From: Glaucostegus cemiculus
Taxonomy: Eukaryota
Length of the DNA: 64,000 nucleotides
Reading direction: 5' to 3'
Assembly (NCBI GenBank): GCA_976551045.1
Contig: CDPCPM010000132.1
Span: 2,418,001-2,482,000, forward strand
Under the pieces are notes generated by a model. That model searched no databases. It was not told the DNA's origin and was given only the letters and a program-made list of their open reading frames with translations. This document shows, one piece after another, positions 49,998-63,860 of this stretch; position 1 is the first letter of the stretch, and each line of letters starts with the position of its first letter. The position numbers were made by a program, and so were the translations under genes.

Positions 49998-52900
49998 CAC
50001 AAGATCATAAGATCACAAGACTAGGGAGCAGATGTAGGTCATTGAGTCTGCTCCAAACGGAAGGAAATGGGGGAAGAAAAAAAAATATAACTTATTCTAA
50101 CCACACGTTCCGGCCTTATCTCCGTATCCCTTGATAACTTGACGAATTAGGTATCTATCTATCTCCTCCTAAAACACCTGAAATGATTTTGCCTCCACTG
50201 CTCTCCGTGGCAAGGAATAACATAAATTCACCACCATTTGGCTGAAGAAATATCTCTGTTTTAAACCTGTACCCTCTAATTCTAAGATTGTGCCCTCTGG
50301 CCCTGGACTCCGGCCCCCCTCCCCAAGAGAAACAGCTTAGCCACATCTACCCTGTCCAGACATTTCAATATTTTAAATGTTTCTGTGAGGTCCCCTCTCA
50401 TTCTTCTGTACTCCAGCGAGTACAGTGAAAGTGCCGACAGACGCTCATCATACTTATGCCCTTTCATTCCAGGAATCATCCTCGCGAATCTCTTCTGAAC
50501 CCTCTCCAATGTCAGCATATCCTTCCAACTATATGGGTCCCAAAACTGTACACAGTTTTCCAAATGTGGCCTCATCAGTGCCTCGTATAGCCTCATCAAC
50601 ACTTCCTTGATTTTATACATTATACCACTCGAAATGAATGCCAACATAGCATTCGCTTTCCTCATCGCTGATCCGACCTTGTGATCAACCTTTAGGTTAT
50701 CCCGCACGAGTGCCCTCAAGTTCATTTTGCACTTCTGTACTTCCAATTTTTTCTCGTTCTGGATAATATTCTGCTCGTTTATTTCTGTTTCCGAAGTGTA
50801 CAACAGCACATTTCTCAACATTGAATCTTATCTGCCTTTCCTCGTCCATTCTCCTAGACTACCTAAGTTTCTCTGCAACCTTCCTGTTTCTTGAATACTT
50901 CCCACTCCTCCACCTATCTTAGTGTCATCCGCAAACGTAGCCACAAAACCATTTAATCCATCATCTAAATCGTTAATATACAAGGTAAAAAGAAGGGGCA
51001 CAAACCCCGACCATCGTGGAACACCACTTGTAACAGGCAGCCAACCAGAACAGGATCCTTTTATTCCCACCTTTTGCTTTCTGCCAACCAGCCTCGCTCC
51101 ACCCATTCTGTTATCCTACCTGTTATTCGGTGATCTCTCATCTTATTAATCAGTCTTCTGTGCGGCACCTTGTCAAATGCCTTCTGAAAGTCTAAATACA
51201 CTACATCAACCGCCTCTCCCTTGCCCACCAGAACGGAGATTTCTTCAAGAAACTCCAACAAGTTGGCCAGGCAGGATCATCGCTTCACGAAACCATGTTG
51301 GCTTGGACCTAGCTTGCCTTGCACTTCCAGGTATTCCATAACCTCGTCCTTGAGGATCGATTCTAATAACTTTCCCACCACCGACGTCAGACTAATAGGT
51401 CTGTAATTTCCTTTATGCTGCCTCTTATACAGCGGAATACCTTTCTTATACCTTGCCTCTTATACCTTTCTTATACAGCGGAACAACATTTGAGACCCTG
51501 CAGTCCTACGGAACAACGCCGGAGTCTATTGATTCCTGGAAAATTATCGCCAATGCCTCCACTATCTCTAAAGCCACTTCATTCAGTACCCGGGGATATA
51601 CCTCATCCGGTCTAGGAGACTTATCAGTCTGTAGTCCATTTAGCTTCCCCAACACCTTCTCTCTAGTAACTTTAACTGAACTCAGCTCCATCCCTTGAGA
51701 CCCTGACTAAACTGTATATTGCTGATGTCTTCCACCGTGAAGACAGATGCAGAATACTGATTTAGCACCTCCACCATCTCTTCATCATCCATTATAATCT
51801 CTCCCGCACCATTATCTATTGGTACTATATCAACCCGCACCTCTCTTTTACTCCTTATATATTAAAATAAAACTCTTAGTATCATTTCGAATATGTTCTG
51901 CCAACTTCATTTCATGATTCATCTTTTCTTTCCTAATGACCTTCTTAGTTTCTTTCTGTAGGTTTTTAAAAGTATCCCAGTCTTCTGTTTTCCCACTACT
52001 TCTTGCTTCCTTGTATGCCCTCCCTTTTGCTCTTAGTTTAGCCTTCACCTCTCTCGTTAAACACATTTCTGTCTTATTTCCATTCTAAACCTTTTTTCTA
52101 GGAATATATCTATCCTTCACTTTCCTTATTTCTTGTAGAAATTCCAACCATTTCTGTTCTGCCATCCCTCCAGCTAACTTACACTTCCAATCATTTTGGG
52201 ACAAACCGTTCACATCTTACTGTTATTCCCCTTGTTCCACTGAAATATCGACGCTCCAGTCATCAGCTTCACTTTCTCAAATTTAAAACTGAACTCAACC
52301 ATATTGTGATCTCTGGTCCTAATGGTTCCTTTTCCTTTAGTTCCCTAATCACAAACGGTTCATTACGCAGCACCCAATCCAAAACAGCCGATCCCCTGGT
52401 GGGTTCATCAACAAGTTGTTCCAGAAAGCCGTCCCGTAGACATTCCACAAACTCCCTCTCCTGAGAACTGCTGCCTTGCTGGATTTCCCAGTCTACCTAT
52501 ATGTTAAAATCGCCCAAAATTACCTTAACATTGTCACTCTGTCATTTTTTTCTATGTCTAACCGCAACTTATGTTCTACCTCCTGACTGCTATTAGGGAG
52601 CCTATAAATAACTACTACTACTGTATCTTACACTTGCTGTTCCTTAGCTCCACCCATAAGGACTCCACCTCCTCTGACCCAATGTCCTTCCTTTCTTTTG
52701 ATTTTATAGCTATACTAACCATCATGGCCCACCACCCCACCTACCTTCCCGCCTATCCTTCAGGTACACGGTGTATCCCTGGGCATTAAGTTCCCAGTCA
52801 CATCCGTAATAAAGTCACGACTTCGTAATTGCCACATGTCGTATTTATTAATCTGTTGTTGTGCCACTAGGTCCTACCTTATTCCTAATGCTCCGTGCAT

Positions 52901-53000
52901 TTAAATATAGTGCCTTCAGTTCATTATCCGCTACTAATTTTGTTGTTCTTCAATTGTTCAGCAAATTATCCTGACTGTTGTACTTCTATTGTTCAGCAAA
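49998..53000 (-). mobile_element. CR1 LINE, near-complete ORF2 (APE + RT) and 3' UTR, degraded
   Basis: AVDVVYLDFQKAFDKVPH, GVPRWS, YINDLD..FADDTK, RPHLENCVQFW, RRMRGDLTETFKIL; short tandem tail (cacaagat/cataagat) at ~50000. Confidence 0.92.
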
Positions 53001-53779
53001 TTATTCTTCCGATCTTATTCGTCAGTTAAAGATTCCACTGACTATTTTACCATATTTGCCATCAATGAAATCTTTGTCGAAACCATTTTTTTGTGCAGAA
53101 TTTGTTTCCATCTAATTGTCAAATTTTAATACCATCCTCTTTATTACCAATGACTGTGGCTGAATACTTATTTAGTTTTCTTGCATTGACTTTGCCTTCA
53201 TGGAGAGATCATCTTCGTGGTCCCTAATCAGATGCATTTACTCTCTGCAGTCTTGTAGAAAGTTTTGTAGTTCCCTTTGATATTAACTTTCTGATCTCTT
53301 CTTGTCCTCTTAATCTCGCTTTTCACATTCTATAGTCGCATATGACATGCGCTCTCTGATTTTCCTTGAATTATCCTTGAATTTTCCGGTGCCTCCTTTG
53401 AAATAGAGCAGACCTTTCGTTTCATATCCGTATCAGCGATGTACAAAATGTCAAATTCCTTTTCAGCCATAAGACCAGGTGCTGTCGCAGCCTCCCGTCC
53501 TCCACAACGCTACAAATAGTTCATGGTGCAGCTTTGTACGTGTACCAGAACTGTTCTTTTCTTATCCAAGATTCTGAGTGTTTCAGTGTTTCTGTTTTCC
53601 ATTGGTCACTGAGTATTTTCCTATCATTCTGCAGAGTGGCACTAAAAGTGATTGTTCAGTACACAGAGATGTATTTGAACACATTCAATGTTACTTGAGT
53701 TTGAAGTAACTAACTCAGTTGGTTAGAATTATTATTATTATAGTTAATACTTCCATTTTCACTGCATGGATGTTTAATC

Positions 53780-56302
53780 TGTTCAACTAATTTGGCAGTG
53801 GGAAAGAAACAAGGATGTTAGGATAGAGGAAGAGGTGTATAGAAACAAATCTAAGACAGTGTGCAATAAAGGTGGTAAGAGCGGGAGGCAGGTGAAAGGA
53901 CACGATAATTTGCTGAACAATGGAAATACAGTGAATTCAGTAGCAGATACTAGTCCAACTGTACTATATTTAAATGCACTTTGCACTAGGAATAAAGTGG
54001 ATGACCTAGAAGCACATCTACAGATGAAAAAGTAACATTGTGGCAATCACCACGCCATGGCTTAATGACGGATGTGATTAGGAACTGAAAGTCCAAGGGT
54101 ACACAGTGTATAGGAAACAATAGCGGGTAGGCAGGCGGGGTGGTGTGCCCCTGATGGTTAACAATGATATAAAATCAATAGAAACAAGAGACATGGAGTC
54201 AGAAGAAGTAGAATCCTTATGGATGGAGTTAAGAAATGGCAAGGGTAACAGACCAACAATAGGAGTATATGTAGGGCCCCTAACGGCAGGCGAGATGTGG
54301 ATTATATATTAGAGTTAGAAACGGGAAAAGCGTGTCAGAATAATAACGTAAGGATAATAAGGGGGATTTTAACATGAAGGTAGATTGGAAAAGCCAGGAA
54401 AGTGGTGGATCTCAGGAGAGGGAGAGAGTTTATGGAATATCTATGGGATGGCTTGTTGGAGCTACTTGTTGATGAGCCCACCAAGGGATCAACTGATTTG
54501 GATTGGGAGCTGTGTAACGATCCAGGAGTGATTAGGGAATGAGGTTAAATAATCCATTAGGAAGTAGTGATCACTATATGATTGAGTTCAGTTTCAAATT
54601 TGAAAAGGAGAAGCTGATATCAGATTATCAATATGTCAGTGGAACAAAGGAAATTACAGTGGCATGAGAGAGGAACTGGCCCAAAATGATTGGTTAGGTA
54701 ATTGAGCTACAGGGACAGCAGAGCAGAAATGGATGTAATTTCTACAAGAAATAAGGAAAGTGCGAGACATATATTCCAATAAAACGAGAACGTTATGAAC
54801 GGGAAAAAATGGCACAAATGTGGATAACGAGAGAGTTAAGGCTACGATGAAGGTAAAATGGAGGCCATAGAAGGAAGCAAAATTTATTGTTGATACGGAA
54901 GACTTTGTAACTTTCAAACCCTACAGAAAGAAACTAAGAAAGTCATTTGGAAATAAAAGATGAATTATGAAAGGAAGTTGGCAGATAATATACAAAAGTA
55001 TACAAAGATTTGTTTTAATATATGAAGAGTAAAATAGAGAGGTGGAAGAGATAGGATCAATTGAAAACGGTGCGGGAGAGATTATAATGGATAACAAAGA
55101 GATGACAGAGGAACTAAATGAGTATTTTGCATCGGTTTTCACTTTGGAGGACATCAGTAATATACCTGATAGTCAGGAGTCTCGGGGATAGAACTGCGTT
55201 CCGTCATGATTACAAGATTACTTACAAGGACTAAAGACCAGATGAAGTGCACCTTGTGTTCTGAAGGACGTGGCTTTAGAGATTGCGGAGGCATTGGTGA
55301 TAATTTTCCAGGACTCCGGCATGGTTCCGGAGGAATTGAAGGTCGCAACTGTAGTTCCGCTGTGTCAGAAGGGTGGGAGGCAGCATAGAAGAAACTATAA
55401 ACCTATTAGTCTGACATCGATGGTTGGAAATTCATTGGAATCGGTACTCAAGGATGAGGTTATGGAATGTCTATACGTGCATGACAAGACAGGTCCAAGC
55501 CAGCATGGTCAATTGAAGATCCCGCCTGACCAACTTTTTGCTGTTTTTTGAGGAAATCTCAAGCAGGGTGGATAAGGGAGAGGCTGTGCTTGTTGTGTAT
55601 TTAGACTTTCAAAAGGACTCCGACAACGCGCTGCACAAGAGGCTGCTTAATAAGACGAGAGCTCATGGAATTACAGGAAGGATATTAGAATAGGTTAAGC
55701 ATTGGCTGCTCGGCAGAAAGCAAAGGGTGGGAATATAGGGATACTATTCTGGTTGGTTGCCGGTTACTAGTGGTGTTCTGCAGGGGTCGGTGTTGGGGCC
55801 ACTTCTTTTCACATTGTAGATCGATGACTGAGATTACGGTTTTGTGGCTAAATTTGTAGACCACACCAAGATAAGTTGATTAGCAAGCATTGAAGAAACA
55901 GGAAAGTTACAGAGGGACTTATGATACTTTAGGAGCTTGGGAAAAGAAATCGCAGATGATATGCAATGTTGATAAATGTGCGGTTGTGCACTTTGGAAGA
56001 AGAAATAAACGGACACGTTATTATCTAGATGTGGAGAAAATTCAAACTGCAGAAGTGCAAAGGATCTTGGAGTCCTCGGACAGGCTACTCAAAAGGTTAA
56101 CCACCAGGTTGGATCGGAGGTAAGAATACCGAATGCTATGTGTGGCATTCATTTCGAGAGGTATGACGTCTAAAAGTATGGATGTGTTGATGAGGCTCTG
56201 TGGGGCACTGATGAGACCTCATCTGGAATACTGTTTGCAGTTTTGGTCCCCTTATCTTAGGAAGGATGTATTGATGTTGCAGAAGGTTCAGAAAAGATTT
56301 AA
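53780..56302 (+). mobile_element. CR1 LINE ORF2 (APE + RT), degraded, 3' end interrupted at a SINE
   Basis: LYLNALCTRNKVDDL (APE start), NYKPISLTSMVG, RPHLEYCLQFWSP; resembles the 50-53 kb copy in inverted orientation. Confidence 0.9.
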
Positions 56303-56550
56303 TTTATTTTATTTAGTTACAGCACGGTAACAGGCCCTTTCGGCCCAACAACTCCGCGCCGCCCATTTTAAACCCCCAAATTAACCTACCTGTACGTCTT
56401 TTTAGAATGTGGCAGAAACCGGAGCACCCGGAGGAAACCCACGCAGACACGGGGAGAACGTACAAACTCCTTACAGTCAGCGACGGGAATCGATCCCCGA
56501 TCACTGGCGCTGTAACAGCGTCGCGCTGACCGCTGCGCTATCGTGCCGCT
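56303..56550 (-). mobile_element. Well-preserved tRNA-derived V-SINE/HE1-like SINE
   Basis: Reverse complement reads gcggcacgatagcgcagcggtcagcgcg..ggggatcgattccc..aaggagtttgtacgttctccccgtgtctgcgtgggtttcctccggg..gggccgaaagggcctgttaccgtgctgtaactaaataaaataaa. Confidence 0.88.
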
Positions 56551-56554
56551 ATTT

Positions 56555-59500
56555 ATGTGCTTTTAAGCAATACCATCGTGCCTGCCTCAACCACTTCCTC
56601 TGCCAGTTCGTACCATGTACTCACCGTCTTCTGCTTTAAAAAGTTGCTCCTCGGGTCCGTTTTAAATCTTACCCCTCTCTCCCTAAATCTAAGCTCCCTG
56701 GTTTTTGAATCCGCTATCCTGGGAAGGAGATTGTTACCGTCCCCCTTACCAATGCCTCATAATTTTAAACCTTCCTCTAAGATCGCCTCTGATTCTCCTA
56801 TGTTCCAAGGATAAAGGCCTGGACATTCAACCTCTCCCTATCACTCAGGCCCTCCAGACCTGGCAACGTCCTCGTGAATCATTTCTGCACCCTTTCAAGT
56901 TTATCTCCGTCTTTCCTTTAAAATGGTGACCAAAGCCTACAGAGTAGTAAATGCGGCCTCACCACCAACTTATAGAACGGCAACATAATGTCCCAATTTC
57001 TATATTCAGTGCCCTGACTGATGATGGTCAGCTCGCTGAAAACTTTTTTACCACTCTGTATAAATTGTGCTGCCGCTTTCAACAAACTATGCACTTGAAC
57101 TCCTGGGTAACTCTCTTCAATTATACACCTTGGTGCCCGACCATTCATAGTACATATTCCGACTCTGGTTTGACTTACCAAAATTCATTACCTCAAATCT
57201 GCATTGAAATCTTTTGGTCAATCCTCAGCCGAATCCTTAACTCATCAAGATCTTCATGTAAAGTACAATAACTTTCTTCACTTTCAATAACACCTCCAAT
57301 ATTTGTGTCATCCACGAACTAACTGATCAGGCCGAATGCACTCACATCCAAATTACTTACACATATAACGAACTACCAGAGTCCCAACACTGACCCCTGC
57401 GGCACACCACTTGCCGCCGCCCTCCATTCCGAGAACAAACTTTAACCATTACGTTCTGCATCCTTCCTCCGACACAAATAATTTACCCAAATAACTTACC
57501 CTGGATTCCATGGGACCTAACCTTCCCGACCAGCCTAACATGCAGAATCTGATCGAAGGCCTTGCTGAAATCCAAGTATACACTTTTTATCTACCCTTAT
57601 GGTTATCTATTGAAAGAACTCTTGAAGGTTCGTCAACTCCGACTTTCCATGCAGAAAGCCATGCTCACCCATCCTAATCGGACTCTGTCGATCCACATGC
57701 TTGGAGATCTTCTCCCTCAGAATTCCTTCCAGTAACTTCCGCGCCACTGATCTCATGCTGACCGGCCGGTATTTCCATGGTTTGTCCTCACTATCCATCT
57801 TAAGCAACAGAACGAAATTAGTCATCTTCCAATCTTCTGGAACTTCACCTGTGGCTGACGATAAAACAAATATCTCCACGAGGGTCTCCGTAATTTCTGT
57901 TCTTGCCTCTCACAAATTCCTACGGTGGACTTGCTCAGGCACTTTCAGGCTGCAAATACCTCTTCCCTGACAATACAAACACCCTTCAAAGCATTTCCAC
58001 AGGTTTCCCTTATCTCTTGCGTAACCATGACTTTGTCCTCAGAAAACACCAAAGAGAAATATTCGTTAACAATCTCACGCAACTCCTACGGATCATGATG
58101 TAGGTCGCACTGCTGATATCAAAAGATACCTACTCTCCCCCGAAACACTCTTTTAATCTTCATATCGCTATATAACCTCTTGCGAGTTTCATTGACCTTA
58201 CCTTCCCGATCAATGTCATACCCTTTCTTTGCACTTCTGATATCCCTCTTCAGGGTTTTCTTAATCATTTTCTGGTTATCAAGGGATTTACTGGTTCTCA
58301 CCCTACCAATCCCAATGTATGCTTCCTGAGTATTCTTGACCAGAGCCTCAATATCTCTCGTCAACCAGGTTTCTCGTACTTCCCAGGATTACCCCTCACC
58401 CTTACAGGAATATGCTGCCCCGGGACTCTTGATATGAATCAGAATCAGAATCAGAATCAGTTTTATTGTCACAACCATATACATACATAGTATGCACAGG
58501 AGCGAGGTATCGTCCTCCTCAGGTGCTTGTCCCATTAAATAACACCCAACAGAGACACACAGACACACTTAACAGAATAAACATTAAAAACATTAACCAT
58601 TAAAAACTACGGAAGTTAGAATTAAATTAATACGCAGATTAAATTATCGATGGCTGGTAAATAAATAAATAGTTATTAAAGTGAACAGGCTGGTGGCGGG
58701 CATTTAAAGTGCTGGTGCATTTCTGTGCACCTAGCATCTCTTAGTGTTAACAAGGAAGATGGAGGGATGAGAGAGTTTGCAGTTCTGATGGCTTGCGGAA
58801 AGAAGCTATTGTTCAGCCTGCTCGTTCTTGCCCTGATACATATAAGCCTCCTCCCTGATGGAAAAATTGTAAAGAGGTGATGGGAGGGGTGAGGAGGGTC
58901 GGCCATTATGCTTTTGGTCTTCCTCACACAACGGTCTTTATATATGTCTGCGAGGGATGGAAGCGAGACACCTATGATCCTCTCCGCAGCCCTAACTATC
59001 CTCTTAAATGTCACTCTTAAAGGCCTACATTTGCTATTCATTCCTTTCCCTTTAAACAGGCTCACCCAATCGACCATTAATCGATCCTGCCTACATCCGT
59101 AAAAAATAATTCTTCTCCAGGTTTGGACCCCAACTTGTGGACTTGCCCTATCCTTTTCCATCACTGTCTTCAAACTAATAGAATTGTGGTCACTGGAGCC
59201 ATAGTGTTACTTTTCGTAGCTCGTTCATTAAGAGGAGTTTGTAGTATTGCACACTTTCACATAGAATCTTCTATATTTTGACTCAGGAAATATTCCTGGG
59301 CATATTTCACGAATTCCAACCATCCCAGCCGTTAGCATTCTGGGTAGTCTAGTTACTACCGGGAAAATTAAAAGCTCCCGCTCATACAACCAAATCATTC
59401 TTGCAATGAAGAGCAATTTCTCTACACACCTGCTCCTCTAGGTCCCGCTGTCTTTTAGGGATCTATAACACAGTCCCACTAGAAGGGCACTGCCCTTTTA

Positions 59501-60205
59501 GTTACTAAGTTCTACTCACTTGGCCTCAGTGGACCATCCCCTAATAATGTCATCTCTATGTACTGCCGTTACGACCTCATAAATACAATACCCCTCCTCA
59601 CGGACCTGTGCCTCTGTCATACTTGTATCTCGGTATCCTGAAATACTGAGCCGACACTCCAGCCCTTCTCTCAGATATGTTTCTGTTAAGGTTATAACAT
59701 CCCAGAGCCAATCCACGTTCTGATTTCTTCCACCTCTCCTGTCAAATATCGTGCAATGAAATAAATGCAGTTTAACTGGGTGTTCCTTTCCCTGTCTTCA
59801 CTGTGTCCCGAGCTATCCCGATGACTACTCTTTCTGTCGTTGAAGACTCTTGATTCCGTGTCTTTCTCCTGCTGAGGATCCCAAATACTTGTCAATCCAA
59901 TTTAAGCTCTCCCGTGCAATATTCGAAAATTTCACTGGAACGGCAATTATCCCTTTCTGGTTGAAGTGCAACCGTCTCTCTTGTACCGGTGCCTCTCCTC
60001 AGAAGAGATCCCAATGATCTAAGAAACTGAATCCCTGTCCCGGACACCAGTTCATCAGCCACGAATTGATTTGGTCTCTACTTCCATTTCTGACCTCGAT
60101 GGTCCGTGGCAATGGGAGTACTCCAGAATCTACTGTCCTCGATGTCCTGCTTCTGAAATACCTATACCCATTATGCAGGACCTCATCTCTTGTTCAATCA
60201 AGGTC
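56555..60205 (-). mobile_element. CR1 LINE (ORF1 C-terminus and ORF2), degraded; hosts the Rex1 insert and continues at 63203-63860
   Basis: VPEDWK..YRPVS..LLEGILR; LVVRPHL; APE 'DVITLTETYL'; ORF1 esterase-like remnants near 59950-60200. Confidence 0.82.
58436..58995 (-). mobile_element. Rex1/Babar-clade LINE 3' fragment with a (GATTCT)n tail, inserted in CR1
   Basis: RIVRAAERIIGVSLPSL..HPSHHLFTIFPSGRR..RTSRLNNSFFPQAIR is the typical Rex1 ORF C-terminus; (AATCAG)4 on plus at 58437-58460. Confidence 0.85.
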
Positions 60206-60212
60206 GTTGATA

Positions 60213-63202
60213 CTAATTTGTGAGGGGGATGGGAACCAGAAGAATATGGTAGAGGATGAAGTGGATGGAGAAAAGTTGGGTCGAGCAGTTAGAGAGGCTT
60301 TGGGGAAGGAAAAGCAGAGTACAGGCTATAAAAGTATAAAAGTGGATGGACGAAATTGTGTTTACTTCAATGCGAGAAGTGTCAGGAATAAGGGAGATGA
60401 ATTGAGACCTTGTATAAGTATGGGGAATATGATATTGTAGCTATAACTGAGATGCGGCTGTCGTCAGGACAGGAATGGATATTAAACATTCTGGTTTTCA
60501 GTGTTTTAAAAGGGATAGGGAAGGGGAAGAAGAGGAGGAGGGGTGGCGATATTGGTCAGGGACGATGGTACGGCTGCGGAAAGAGTGGACATTGCGGAAG
60601 AATCCTATCTTGAGTCAGTATGAGTGTAAGTGTGGAACACGAAAGGAGCGGTTACACTGCTGGAAGCATACTATAGGCCCCCCGGTAGCAGTAGAAATAT
60701 AGAGGAGCAGATTAGCAGGCAGTGTTTGGACAGAAGCAAAGATAACAGGGTTGATATAATGGGTAATTTCAGATTCCCAAATATAGACTGGAACATACTT
60801 AGTGCCAAAGGTTTAGATGGGAACGAGTTTGTTAAGTGTGCCCAGGACGGATTCCTGACACAGTATGTTGACAGGTCGACTAGGATCTGGTTTTAGGAAA
60901 TGAACCGGGACAGGTGAGGGATCTACTGGTGGGTGAGCATTTGGGGGACAGTGATCATTGCTCAATAACATTTAGAATTGTCATGGACAGGGATAGGTTC
61001 AGAGAGGACAGGAAGGTATTTAATTGGGGAAGGGCAGACAATGAGGCTATAAGGAGAGAAGTTTGGAGTGTAAATTGCGAAGTCCTTTTTGAGGGGAAGT
61101 GTACTGTGGAGATGTGGACGATATTCAGGGATCTTTTACAGGATGTTAGGGATAAATATGTCCCGGCGAGACAGAGGAAGAATGGCAGGGAGAAGGAACC
61201 GTGGGTGACGAGAGAGGTGGAACGACCGGTTAGGAGGAAGAAGGTGGTGTACGTAAGGTGTAAGCGGCAAGGCTCGGACAGGGCCCATGAGGAATATAGT
61301 ATAGCGAGGAAGAAACTTAATAAAGGGCTGACGAGAGCTAGAAGGGGACATTAAAAGGTGTTGGTTAGTAGGGTTACGGAAAATCCCAAGGCTTTTTTCT
61401 CGTATCTGAAGTGCGGAAGGATGGCTCGGGTCCAATTAAAGATAAAGGTGGGAGGATGTGCCTGGAGGCGGCAGAAGTAGGGGAGGTTCTAAATGAATGC
61501 TCCACTTCGATATTCACCAAGGAGAGGAGTCTTGATGACGCGGTAGAGAGTGCTGGTAAGGGTAATGTTCTCCAGTATGTAGCTATCGAGAGGGAGGAGG
61601 TGTTGAAGTTGTTAAATAGTATCAAGACGGATAAGTCTCCGGGCCCTTATGGTATATTCCCCAGGCTGCTTCGAGTGGCGAGGGAGGAGATAGTTGATTC
61701 GCTGGTGAGGAGCTTTGAGTCCTCGTTGTCCACGGGGATGGTGCCGGAGGATTGGAGGGTAGCAGATGTTGTTGTCTTGCTTATGAAAGGTAGTAGGGAT
61801 AGTCCGGGTAATTACAGACCAGTGAGTCTCATGTCTGTGGTGTGTATGCTGTTAGAAAGGATTCTGAGGGATAGGATCTGTGAACACCAGGAGAATCATG
61901 GACTGATTGAAAACAGTAAGCATGGATTTGTGAAGAGAAGATCTTGCCTCACGAGCCTGATAGAATTCTTTAAGGTGGTGACGTGAAGATTGATGAAGGA
62001 AGTGCGGTGGATGTGGTCTACATGGATTTTAGTAAGGCGTTCGATAAGGTTCCTCGTGGTAGGCTTCTTCAGAAGTTCAGAGGTCAAGGCATCCAGGGGA
62101 GATTGGCTGTGTTGTTCAGGAATTGGCTTGCCTGTAGAAAGCAGAGGGTTGTGGTGGAGGGAGTACCCTCGGATTGGAGGGCTGTGACTATTGGTGTCCC
62201 ACAGGGATCGGTTCTGGGACGTCTACTCTTTGTTATATTTATAGATGACTTAGACGAAGGAGTGGAAGGATGGGTTTTTAAGTTTGCGGATGACACCGAG
62301 ATCGGCGGTGTGGTGGATAGTGTGGAGGACTGTCTGAGCTTACAGAGGGATATTGATAGGATGCAGAGCTTGGCGGACAGGTGGCTGATGGAGTTTAATC
62401 CGGAGAAGTGTGAGGTGGTGCACTTTGTTAGGACAAACTCCAGGGCAGAATAAGAGGTAAATGGCAAGGTATTTGGCAGTGCAGAGGAGCAGAGGGATCT
62501 GGGGGTTCATGTCCACCATTAACGCAAAGTTGCCTCGCAGGTGGATAGGGCAGTTAAGAAGGTTTATGGGATGTTAGCTTTTATAAATCGTGGGATTGAG
62601 TTCAAGAGCAGAGAGGTAATGATGCTGCTTTGCAAAACTCTAGTCAGACCGCACTTAGAGTATTGTGTTCAGTTCTGGTTCCCGCATTATAGGAAGGATG
62701 TGCAGGCGTTGGAGAGGGTACAGAGGTGATTTACCAGGATGATGCCTGGATTAGAGGGTATGGAATATGAGGAGAGGCATAAGGTTTCCAGGCTTTACCC
62801 GTTGGAGAGGAGGAGGGTGAGGGGGGACTTGATAGATGTGTATAATATCGAGACGAATAGATAGAGTTGACAGCCAGCGCCTCTTTACCAGAGCACAGAT
62901 GCTGAAGACGAGAGGGCATGGCTTTGAAATATTGGGTGGAAAGTTCAGGGGGGATGTCAGAGGCAAGTATTTCACACGGAGAGAGGTTGGAGCATGGGAT
63001 GCGCTGCCTGGGGTGGTGGTAGAGGGAGATACGTTGGACAGGTTGAAGATACTGTAGGATTGGCGCATGGAGGAATGTGGCATAGAGGGATATATGGGAG
63101 GAAAGGGTTAGATCGTGCGACGTTTGAAGGACGACACAACTTGGTGGGCCGACGGGCCTGTTTTGTGCTGCATTGTTCTATGTTTCTATGGTTCTGTGGT
63201 TC
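60213..63202 (+). mobile_element. CR1 LINE with full-length ORF2 span (APE + RT) and 3' UTR; best-preserved copy but still disrupted
   Basis: YFNARSVRNK, YYRPP, SDHC, DKSPGP, NYRPVSL, VDVVYMDFSKAFDKVP, GVPQGSVLG, FADDT, RPHLEYCVQFW; 3' tail gggcctgttttgtgctgcattgttctatgtttctatgg. Confidence 0.95.
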
Positions 63203-63860
63203 TATACCAACACGTGCGACGACCTCCGGCTGTTCGACGTCCCTGAATTATTTTCTGCAAACGCTGGGAGACATCCTTGTCTCTGGCAACCCGGAAGCAA
63301 CATACCATTCTGGCATCTTTTCTGCGGCGACATGATCACCTGTCAGCCCCATCACTATCGAGATTCCTATCTCTATTGCGCGGTTTGACTACACCCTTCC
63401 TTTGAGTCTCAGAGCCGATCACGGTGCCAGAGACCTGACTACACCTGCTAGCCCCTGAAAGAACATCCCGCTCAGCGGTATCCAGAGAGGTATACCTGCT
63501 AGTGAGGGAAGTGAATTGCACTGAATGCCTGCTCCACTTATTTTTCCTGGTGGTCACCCATCTATTTGAAGTCTGCGCCGTGGGTGTGAACTCCCCTGTA
63601 AAAGTCTCGTCTATGATAACAGATTCCCGAATGATCCTGACTGCATCCAACTCCAGCTCCAGTTCATTGACGCTCATTGTGAGGAGCTGCAGGTGGGTGC
63701 ACTTCTCACAGATGCAGGCGTTAGGGAGGCCGTGAGTTTCCCTGACTTCCCACATTTTGCAAGAGTAAAATTTCATGCCCTTTCTGCCATCCTGCCTACA
63801 CAGAATCAAGTACATAAGATCAACAAAATAAATCCTTAGCTGTGTCTCCTCTACAAAGAC
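63203..63860 (-). mobile_element. CR1 ORF1 N-terminal part (zinc-finger/leucine-zipper region and start of the esterase-like domain)
   Basis: ORF 63336..63815: YSCKMWE..CICEKCTHLQLL..ELELELDAVRIIRE..WVTTRK..RYTSLDT, typical of chondrichthyan CR1 ORF1. Confidence 0.82.
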
